Virus record (IMG/VR): IMGVR_UViG_3300032296_000732
Span: 1-63,665 of that record
Length of the DNA: 63,665 nt
Origin: a virus
Taxonomy: Duplodnaviria > Caudoviricetes
Reading direction: 5' to 3' (one strand)
In this document: piece after piece, positions 8,191 to 14,754 of the stretch
How positions within the stretch are numbered: position 1 is the stretch's first letter
Layout of the letters: each line of letters begins with the position of its first letter
The notes under the pieces: generated by a model
The model's database searches: none
Told to the model about the DNA's origin: nothing
The model's input: only the letters and a program-made list of their open reading frames with translations
Position numbers and translations under genes: made by a program

Positions 8191-9013
8191 AGAATTTGCA
8201 AGGCATCACGGCTTGATCATCGACCGTTTAGTGCCGGACAGATGGGTGCGTGTACCAACAGAAGATCACCCGCGCAAACGTAACGGCGGGTACAAGTTTC
8301 TTGGTGATGTGGGATGGGTGCAAAACTGGGCCACGATGCTCACGCCCGAGATGTGGCGCAGCAGCGAGGACGTAAAGCCGATACAGATTCGCCAGCTACA
8401 GAAAAAAGCGGAGCAAGATCGTCAGGAATCCATGAGACAGGCAGCGGCCAAAGCGGGATGGATCATGCACCAATGCACATCAGACATTCACCCTTACCTA
8501 AAGAAGAAGGGGTTCCCCGAAGAAATTGGCAACGTCTGGCGCAACGAGGAATCAGTCCTAGTGATACCAATGCGAAAGGACGGGCGATTGACTGGGTGTC
8601 AACTCATCAATGAAGAGGGGAAAAAGAAGTTCTTGTATGGACAGCAAACGAAGGGGGCATCGTTTGTGATTGACGCAAAAGGTCTTCCGATTTTCTGCGA
8701 GGGATACGCCACAGCACTCAGCATCAGGGCCGTTATGAAGGCCATGAAGGTGCGGTACACCATCTATGTGTGTTTCTCGGCAGCTAACATAAAGGAAGTA
8801 GCAAGGGACATCAGCGGGGGGGTGGTAGTTGCCGACTGCGATCAAAACGCAGTCGGTCAACAAGCCGCGCTGGATACAGGCAAGCCATATTGGATTTCCG
8901 GGACAGTCGGTGAGGACTTTAATGATTACCATATGCGCGTTGGTCTGTTCAAGGCATCTAACTCGCTCAAGCAAGCTCTTTTTTCTGGTGGAAGCGGTGC
9001 AGTAGTCGGATAA
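8180..9013 (+). CDS. Toprim-domain primase-like protein
   Basis: CEGYATALS, VVADCD, EDFND Toprim motifs; adjacent to the helicase. Confidence 0.8.
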   Translation: MQFEEFARHHGLIIDRLVPDRWVRVPTEDHPRKRNGGYKFLGDVGWVQNWATMLTPEMWRSSEDVKPIQIRQLQKKAEQDRQESMRQAAAKAGWIMHQCTSDIHPYLKKKGFPEEIGNVWRNEESVLVIPMRKDGRLTGCQLINEEGKKKFLYGQQTKGASFVIDAKGLPIFCEGYATALSIRAVMKAMKVRYTIYVCFSAANIKEVARDISGGVVVADCDQNAVGQQAALDTGKPYWISGTVGEDFNDYHMRVGLFKASNSLKQALFSGGSGAVVG

Positions 9014-9257
9014 ACTTTGCTTCGATTTGGCGGACTCTTTCACGGCTTAACCCGTAGGGTCTGCCCACTTCACTCAAGGTTTTACCCGCAGCCCTGCTGC
9101 TCAGTATTTCAAAATACTTGTCCTTACTTTCGGCTGTCACCCTGTTGCCCCACAAGGCAATGAAATCCTCGCGGGAGGGGAAGTCAACCAATTTTACGGG
9201 GTTGTCGTTTGAGCCGGGGAGTGGTACACGGCCACCATAGATTCGCAGATTGTTCAT
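8967..9257 (-). CDS. sigma70 region-4-like HTH protein
   Basis: TLSEVGRPYGLSRERVRQIEAK. Confidence 0.75.
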   Translation of the reverse strand: MNNLRIYGGRVPLPGSNDNPVKLVDFPSREDFIALWGNRVTAESKDKYFEILSSRAAGKTLSEVGRPYGLSRERVRQIEAKFIRLLHRFHQKKELA

Positions 9258-9258
9258 A

Positions 9259-9381
9259 TCATTCCAAGTAAAGAAAAACAGTTAAGAAAATAGCCAGCAA
9301 TGCAAAGATGATTGCCTCGGCTTTGTCGGATACGATTTCACGGCGTGCGGGAATCGGTTTTGATGGGCCTTTGTATTTCAT
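9259..9381 (-). CDS. small membrane protein, 40 aa (not in ORF track)
   Basis: MKYKGPSKPIPARREIVSDKAEAIIFALLAIFLTVFLYLE* fills the gap in the operon. Confidence 0.5.
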   Translation of the reverse strand: MKYKGPSKPIPARREIVSDKAEAIIFALLAIFLTVFLYLE

Positions 9382-9382
9382 G

Positions 9383-9595
9383 TTAAATGCGGGTTGATGG
9401 GCCATAAAACTGTGCGAGGTCTTCGCCTGTTTCTGTTTCGGGTTCTGCGGGGATCAGATACTCGGATGCGTAACTGATGGACATATCCTCCACATCTGAC
9501 GGATGTACGCCGTTAAGTTCTTCGGGCGTCCAAAGTATCACGGCCCAACCTTCAGCCCTGAGTTCGCGGATAGCTTTTAATTGTGATGCGGTCAT
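9383..9595 (-). CDS. early hypothetical protein
   Basis: RBS AAGGAG and ATGA coupling, start MTASQL. Confidence 0.65.
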   Translation of the reverse strand: MTASQLKAIRELRAEGWAVILWTPEELNGVHPSDVEDMSISYASEYLIPAEPETETGEDLAQFYGPSTRI

Positions 9596-10047
9596 GCTGT
9601 CTCTCCTTGTGGCCCATTTTCTTGCCAAATTGATTCGGCTTGATCTTCAACCTCAGTTAATGCGGCATCAAACCGCTTGCGGTATTCGGAGGATGTTTCC
9701 TCCAACTGCTTGGATTCAATTTCAATTTCATCAGTGCCATAATCCACGCCCTCGACAATGCTCCCCAATGTAAAAGACACGGCCAATTGACCTCGCTCGT
9801 CCATTGCTTTCCAAGTTCCCAATTCTTCCAATTCATCTCCAGCAACCGTTTTGCGCACCACTTGTTCATGGTAGTCATCAAAACAGGTTCCTGATACTTC
9901 CAAATATTGAATTGTCATGCTGATGTACGCACCGCAATCGGTGTACTTGTACACCTGTTGAAGCAACTCGGCGGGACTATCGGCATCTGGGAATGCCTCC
10001 GCAAAATAGCGGTTACTTAGCTGGTCTTGATCGTCCGAATCTCTCAT
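9592..10047 (-). CDS. early hypothetical protein (acidic)
   Basis: RBS AAGGAG and ATGA coupling. Confidence 0.7.
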   Translation of the reverse strand: MRDSDDQDQLSNRYFAEAFPDADSPAELLQQVYKYTDCGAYISMTIQYLEVSGTCFDDYHEQVVRKTVAGDELEELGTWKAMDERGQLAVSFTLGSIVEGVDYGTDEIEIESKQLEETSSEYRKRFDAALTEVEDQAESIWQENGPQGETA

Positions 10048-10262
10048 GCTGTCTCTCCTTGTGAGCCATTTGATTGGGTTTTGTCTATTGGAAGAAAATT
10101 TTCAAATACCAAAATGGAATCAATTTCCCAATGCCCATCGTCTTTGTAATAGTCTTGCGCCACCTCTTTCCACGCCAAAGCCTCGGCCTCATCTGCTGAT
10201 TCGGCCTCCACCTCAATGTTGATGTAACTGGTGCGCCTAAGTTCAATTTGGTATGTCTTCAT
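10044..10262 (-). CDS. early hypothetical protein (V.AES.DEA family)
   Basis: IEVEAESADEAEALA; coupled. Confidence 0.7.
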   Translation of the reverse strand: MKTYQIELRRTSYINIEVEAESADEAEALAWKEVAQDYYKDDGHWEIDSILVFENFLPIDKTQSNGSQGETA

Positions 10263-10465
10263 GCTGTCTCTCCTTCGGGGAAAAATGTGACGTTATGGAT
10301 TTCGCAGTCGGGGTATGAGTTTTCGGCCTGTTCTGCGGCATGGTCATCGTCCTCTGCATAGCAGTCGAACACGGTGGTAAACCTGTCCCCCTTGTCTTCC
10401 GCAAGTGTCACGCGATACGGAATCAGGTTGGGATTGTCTGCAAGTATTTGTGCTTGGGTTTTCAT
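10259..10465 (-). CDS. early hypothetical protein
   Basis: CYAEDDDHAAEQAENSYP; coupled. Confidence 0.7.
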   Translation of the reverse strand: MKTQAQILADNPNLIPYRVTLAEDKGDRFTTVFDCYAEDDDHAAEQAENSYPDCEIHNVTFFPEGETA

Positions 10466-10469
10466 GCTG

Positions 10470-10751
10470 TTACCTTTCAGAATCTAAATGGAGGGCTGTT
10501 TCAAAAATCTCAGGGTATGTGCTTTGCAGATAGTGCTGCGCTGCCTCTAAGACTGCGCCAATGTCGGCATCTGTGGGCCATGTGTTGCAAACGTCCAGCT
10601 GGTCGAGCAATTCGATGCGGTCGGCATAGACCACCACTTGCAAAATGCCATCTCCATCAGTGCAATACGATGTAAGCCAATCATCATGTTTGTCGCCATG
10701 CATGATGTACCAAGTGATCTTGGATGAATCAATTGTTTTGAGTCGTGTCAT
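10470..10751 (-). CDS. early hypothetical protein
   Basis: Start MTRLKT with RBS AAGG, ATGA-coupled. Confidence 0.6.
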   Translation of the reverse strand: MTRLKTIDSSKITWYIMHGDKHDDWLTSYCTDGDGILQVVVYADRIELLDQLDVCNTWPTDADIGAVLEAAQHYLQSTYPEIFETALHLDSER

Positions 10752-10947
10752 GTGCTGACCTTTCGTAATGAGAATGTGTAGCTGGAACCACCAAGGTGAT
10801 AGTCCCTGCTTTCGTAATTGATGTGGCAAATACGCAACCTTCCAGCAATGCCGAATTTTGCTCGGGCCTGACGCAAAGCCTCGCGCCAAGTTTGCGCGGC
10901 GACTTCCCTATGCCAAGTGCCGTGATCGGAAAACAAAAATAGGTCAT
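10748..10947 (-). pseudogene. early gene with apparent frameshift near its start
   Basis: GGAGG-ATG at 10947 is in one frame and the coupled stop at 10748 in another; switch at a T5 run. Confidence 0.5.
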
Positions 10948-11183
10948 TTTTGGGCCTCCACGGGTGACCATGTGTTGCTATCGTCAAGGTGTGCAAACGG
11001 TGAGACATAACCCGTCAATGCGTTGATCGCGTCTTCGCACTCGTTTACAAGGCGGCAAAAATCCTCGCGGGATGATTCGCCAAACTCAGCAGCAGCTGCA
11101 TGAGCAAGCGCAAAAGTGTCGAGGGGCTGGTTACCTAGCCGCGCTGCATATGCGGTAACAAATGGTGTGATGTTGTGTTTCAT
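10944..11183 (-). CDS. early hypothetical protein
   Basis: ATGA-coupled ORF. Confidence 0.65.
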   Translation of the reverse strand: MKHNITPFVTAYAARLGNQPLDTFALAHAAAAEFGESSREDFCRLVNECEDAINALTGYVSPFAHLDDSNTWSPVEAQK

Positions 11184-11341
11184 TCTTCGGTCTCCACAAG
11201 TTCGCCTTTGTCACTCTCCAAGCCGCAAAGGTTGTTGTCCTGTAAGTGGTGATACAAGGCTTCATCGTGTAGTTCTTTGAGCGCAGCCTCTGCGGTTTCG
11301 CCCCGTACCCAAATGGTGCATTCAAATTTGTATAAGTTCAT
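11180..11341 (-). CDS. early hypothetical protein, 53 aa (not in ORF track)
   Basis: MNLYKFECTIWVRGETAEAALKEL...VETEE*; coupled at both ends. Confidence 0.6.
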   Translation of the reverse strand: MNLYKFECTIWVRGETAEAALKELHDEALYHHLQDNNLCGLESDKGELVETEE

Positions 11342-11523
11342 GCTGCACCCCAAACCAACGACAAACGCTTGGTGTCGATATCCTGTTTAATCAATTCAGC
11401 AGCCAGCACGTTCGGTTTGACCCCGTGATGTTCGGCGGCATCCACGCAGGCATCAATCGGGTTGATACATTGCTGGTTTCTCATGTAGATGTATGTCTTT
11501 ATCGCGTCCATATCAGTTCCCAA
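11338..11523 (-). CDS. early hypothetical protein
   Basis: Stop coupled to the downstream start. Confidence 0.55.
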   Translation of the reverse strand: MGTDMDAIKTYIYMRNQQCINPIDACVDAAEHHGVKPNVLAAELIKQDIDTKRLSLVWGAA

Positions 11524-11585
11524 TGAAAAGAAAAGAAAAAATCACGGCTAGCCAAAAAGCGGCGACTAGCCAAGCCGCTAGACGG

Positions 11586-11780
11586 TCATTCAATTTGTGG
11601 CGTGATGGTCACGCTCTTGAACCCGTATGTAATGGTGACTTCTTCGCCATTGCCCAAAGCCCTGCGGAAATCTGCGATCTGTCCCTGCCCGAAATAAATC
11701 ATGGTCGCGGCGCGGCACAATGCGCCTTCGGGCGTGTCGGCTTTGTACGGCTCACCCTTGCCATAAATGAGGTATGTCAT
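11586..11780 (-). CDS. early hypothetical protein
   Basis: ATGA-coupled ORF. Confidence 0.6.
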   Translation of the reverse strand: MTYLIYGKGEPYKADTPEGALCRAATMIYFGQGQIADFRRALGNGEEVTITYGFKSVTITPQIE

Positions 11781-11977
11781 GCTGTCTCAATCGTGTTTGT
11801 TGTGACCCATTCCCCACGGTCACCATTCCAAGTGACTTCGGGTAGCGTGATCTTGTAATGCGCGACTACTTGCATAGCCTCGCCTAGTGTTTTTTTGTAG
11901 TCGCAAAGGGGTGAACCCTGATGGATCAGTGTCCAGCCCCGTTCCGAGTAAGACAAGTGGGTTTTGTGGTCGGTCAT
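11777..11977 (-). CDS. early hypothetical protein
   Basis: ATGA-coupled ORF. Confidence 0.65.
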   Translation of the reverse strand: MTDHKTHLSYSERGWTLIHQGSPLCDYKKTLGEAMQVVAHYKITLPEVTWNGDRGEWVTTNTIETA

Positions 11978-12234
11978 GCTGTAACCCTGTAAGAGTTGTA
12001 ATTGCGGATGCGGCTTTCCCCGTTTGTGTGGTGTTCATCAAACGAAAATTCTTCGCCAGCTGCCCTAAGTGCTGCAAGGTAAACGGCGAGGTCGCAATCT
12101 TCTTCAAGAAATACGGTATCGCCCTTGACATAGGAATAACTGCTGATTTTTTGCGTTATGTCCAAGCGTTCAAGTTCGGATAATTTGACTGCTGCCCAAC
12201 CGTGACCGGGGTCGGTGTAAATGGTGATTTTCAT
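11974..12234 (-). CDS. early conserved phage protein (DPGHGW...LEEDCD family)
   Basis: TDPGHGWAAV...ISSYSY...FLEEDCD; RBS GGAG. Confidence 0.7.
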   Translation of the reverse strand: MKITIYTDPGHGWAAVKLSELERLDITQKISSYSYVKGDTVFLEEDCDLAVYLAALRAAGEEFSFDEHHTNGESRIRNYNSYRVTA

Positions 12235-12294
12235 AAAAGCTCCGTTATCGGGCGGGATTGCCCACGATAGGGGAACGGCCCCTATCATTGGAAA

Positions 12295-12579
12295 TCAGCG
12301 CAGTTCACGGGCGGGTATGTGTCCGTGTTCGCGCATGAATTGATCGACTGTCAGGTTTTTGGCCTTGTAGGTGTCGCCGAATTTGGTAAAGCATGAATAG
12401 ACTGCTTCGCCCTCGCTGTTGTGGCGCAATGCTTCGCCGACTAAAAAGTTATGTCCCAGCATTTTGCGCGGCGGTACGGCCCCCAGCATTTCCCAATACA
12501 TGGCTTCGGTGGTCGGTATCCATGCATCAGGGTTCGCGTCCATTGCATCCCACAGTTCTTGCCATTCCAGATTTTTCAT
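12295..12579 (-). CDS. early hypothetical protein (DUF1419-like)
   Basis: YWEMLGAVPP...FLVGE; RBS GGAGG. Confidence 0.6.
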   Translation of the reverse strand: MKNLEWQELWDAMDANPDAWIPTTEAMYWEMLGAVPPRKMLGHNFLVGEALRHNSEGEAVYSCFTKFGDTYKAKNLTVDQFMREHGHIPARELR

Positions 12580-12833
12580 TTCAGACCTCCCGTCCAAACC
12601 TCGCCCAAATCCTGCCAGCACTTCCAGGACTCCAAAACGTTTGACCCGTAACGGGGCTTTGTGGTTCGTATGTTGACGTAACGCATTTCCGAGCGTTTAC
12701 GCGCTGCCCGTTCGATTTGTTCGGCTTGTTGCAGGGTTTCGCATTCAATGATCAATTTGTTGATCTTGCCCTTAGCCATACCCCAACCCGACATAAATTT
12801 GTCGGTCATAGTTACAAAAAAAGCTGTTTTCAT
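12576..12833 (-). CDS. early conserved phage protein
   Basis: VTMTDKFMSGWG.A.GKINK...RSEMRYVNI. Confidence 0.7.
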   Translation of the reverse strand: MKTAFFVTMTDKFMSGWGMAKGKINKLIIECETLQQAEQIERAARKRSEMRYVNIRTTKPRYGSNVLESWKCWQDLGEVWTGGLK

Positions 12834-12900
12834 TTTGTGCCTTGGTTGTTCGGTGAAAAGTCACCCGCTAGCCCACAGTCATGGGCTAACAGTTGTCCTT

Positions 12901-13104
12901 TCAAGCTCCAATCATGGTTAAAAAAGTTTCTCCCCGAATTGCTCGGTTATCGATTCTTGCGTTTCCGTGGCCTTGTCTTTTGTAGTGAGCAACAGCGCGT
13001 TTGGCTTGTTCTTCGGTGCTGTAAACGTCCAGACAATCGCGGCCACTGGTCGTGAAGAAAACAAGGAAAATTGAAGCGGCTTTGTCGGTGGTTTCTTGGT
13101 TCAT
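12901..13104 (-). CDS. early hypothetical protein
   Basis: 67-aa ORF in the - strand block. Confidence 0.55.
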   Translation of the reverse strand: MNQETTDKAASIFLVFFTTSGRDCLDVYSTEEQAKRAVAHYKRQGHGNARIDNRAIRGETFLTMIGA

Positions 13105-13120
13105 TTTTTCCGCCAGTCAG

Positions 13121-13297
13121 TTAAAAGTCATCGGCATAATCTTCAAGGCTAGTGACTAGCCCGTCAAAATCTTCATCAGGCCCGAGCATCTCAGCGAGCA
13201 TGAAAACGGTTTTTTTGTCTACGCCAATATCCTCGGCAAGACATTCCAAATAGTCGCGGCGGCTGGTGTAGCCTTCTTGTTGGTAAACGGTCATGAT
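13121..13297 (-). CDS. early conserved acidic phage protein
   Basis: GYTSRRDYLECLAED...LGPDEDFDGLV; RBS AAGGA. Confidence 0.65.
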   Translation of the reverse strand: MMTVYQQEGYTSRRDYLECLAEDIGVDKKTVFMLAEMLGPDEDFDGLVTSLEDYADDF

Positions 13298-13304
13298 GTT
13301 TTCC

Positions 13305-13463
13305 TTAAAGTGATTCAAGATAGGCGGCGACTTGTTCATCAGTCCAGCCATTGAAATCCGGCAATTCTCGAATGGGCTTGCTACGGTCTTCTAGCCCTCT
13401 CTCTGCATAGGCGAGAGAGAGTGCTTTTTCTGCTGGTGTTCGTTCGTTCGTTTGCTCGTTCAT
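13305..13463 (-). CDS. early hypothetical protein
   Basis: Start MNEQTN after GGAG. Confidence 0.55.
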   Translation of the reverse strand: MNEQTNERTPAEKALSLAYAERGLEDRSKPIRELPDFNGWTDEQVAAYLESL

Positions 13464-13502
13464 TTGTTTGCTCCAAGTAACAAGCCAATTGCTTGCCCTG
13501 TT

Positions 13503-13529
13503 ATTGTATGTCAATCACTTGTTTGTCAA
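13503..13529 (-). promoter_or_regulatory. possible sigma70 promoter for the early operon
   Basis: TTGACA...TACAAT on the - strand, but the spacer is only 15 nt. Confidence 0.35.
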
Positions 13530-13596
13530 CAAGTATTTTGCTAGGTACTTTCCCTAATCCCCGAAGGGGTAGCAGTCTCGGTGGTACAGTCACGCT

Positions 13597-14265
13597 ATGA
13601 ATACTCGCACCATACCCAAATCATCCCCTAGACCAAAGCTCACAAGGGCTGAAATAGCCAAAGGGCTAGAAGCTGTCCCCATGTCTCAGCTAATGCTTGG
13701 CGCAGCCAATGCGAAACAAACCAAGCTCACTGCGAAACAAGCCAAGTTTGCCCAGGCTCTCGCGCTAGGTGAAACCAAAGCGGGAGCCTATCGCGCAGCC
13801 TACAACACGAAAACATCGCCAGCGATTCAAAGCCATGAAGGGCACAAGCTAGCAAATAACCCCAAAATATCCGTACAAGTGGAAGCTCTCAGACTAGCTG
13901 CGGAAGCTAGGAATTACGCTACACCGCCCGCGCTGCGTGCTCTGGTAATCGAACGGCTCACCGCGCACGCTATCGATGACACGATAAACCCGGCCCAACG
14001 GCTACGGGCCCTGGAGCTTCTGGGCAAGATAACCGAAGTCGCAGCGTTCACCGAACGGCGCGAGATTGTGCGAGTAACAGACAGTGGAACAGCGCGAGAC
14101 AAATTGCTTATGTCATTGCGCGAAGTGCTGCAAGCTAGCGCGATTGACGTTACGCCCAAGTCCATCGCGCTGGAACCCGAACCCGCGCTGGAACCCGCGC
14201 AGGAATGCGAACCCCTACCCGAACCCGCGCAGGAATGCGACCGCGCCGACCCCCCTACCCCCTAG
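13597..14265 (+). CDS. terS: terminase small subunit
   Basis: LTAKQAKFAQ...AYRAAY...LANNPKI...RLRALELLGK; upstream of terL. Confidence 0.8.
   Translation: MNTRTIPKSSPRPKLTRAEIAKGLEAVPMSQLMLGAANAKQTKLTAKQAKFAQALALGETKAGAYRAAYNTKTSPAIQSHEGHKLANNPKISVQVEALRLAAEARNYATPPALRALVIERLTAHAIDDTINPAQRLRALELLGKITEVAAFTERREIVRVTDSGTARDKLLMSLREVLQASAIDVTPKSIALEPEPALEPAQECEPLPEPAQECDRADPPTP
14172..14240 (+). repeat. short tandem GAACCC(GCGC) repeats in the terS 3' end
   Basis: GAACCC x5, GAACCCGCGCAGGAATGCGA x2. Confidence 0.7.
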
Positions 14266-14358
14266 ATCAGCCGCTTCGCTATGTGCATCCCCTTACATAG
14301 CAATCTGCTCACTAGATCAGGCCAAATTGCGTTACGTCCCTCAATACAAAATCTCACA

Positions 14359-14413
14359 GTAACAGGTGTTACACTGAGGGTTTCTACCTAGTGTAACAGG
14401 TGTTACACTGAGA
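14359..14413 (+). repeat. two copies of the genome-wide motif GTAACAGGTGTTACACTGAG
   Basis: Copies at 14359 and 14393; others at 5040, 28168, 52244 (-), core only at 52513. Confidence 0.85.
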
Positions 14414-14529
14414 ATAGGGGTGGGGGGTATCAGGTTTTTTGCGCGAGAGGGGGGGGTGTATGTTTGTAGAAAGACCCCCGGTATATAATCGGTATAAAAT
14501 AGGGGTGGGGTATATTTTTGGAGAAAATT

Positions 14530-14754
14530 ATGACACCGGCGCAGCGAGAGATTTACTTGGTGATTGATGAGTGGTGGAAGAGGAATGGGTTTGGTCCGTC
14601 TGTGGATGATGTGATGACGATGACTGGCGAGACTGGGCGCGGGAATGTTCACAGGAAGATGTTGAAGTTGGTGGAGTTGGGGATATGCAAGGCGCTCAAG
14701 AACCGTCCTCGGTCGATTCGGCCTGCTAATTTGAGGGTTAGGGACATTCTATGA
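14530..14754 (+). CDS. LexA-like winged-helix DNA-binding protein
   Basis: MTPAQREIY...GFGPSVDDV...GNVHRKMLKLVELG...RPRSI. Confidence 0.7.
   Translation: MTPAQREIYLVIDEWWKRNGFGPSVDDVMTMTGETGRGNVHRKMLKLVELGICKALKNRPRSIRPANLRVRDIL

Noticed and set aside
14359-14372. Cyanobacterial NtcA site (GTA-N8-TAC) or matS
   Set aside because: Conservation spans 19 bp, beyond those consensuses; matS spacing differs; no cyanophage marker genes seen
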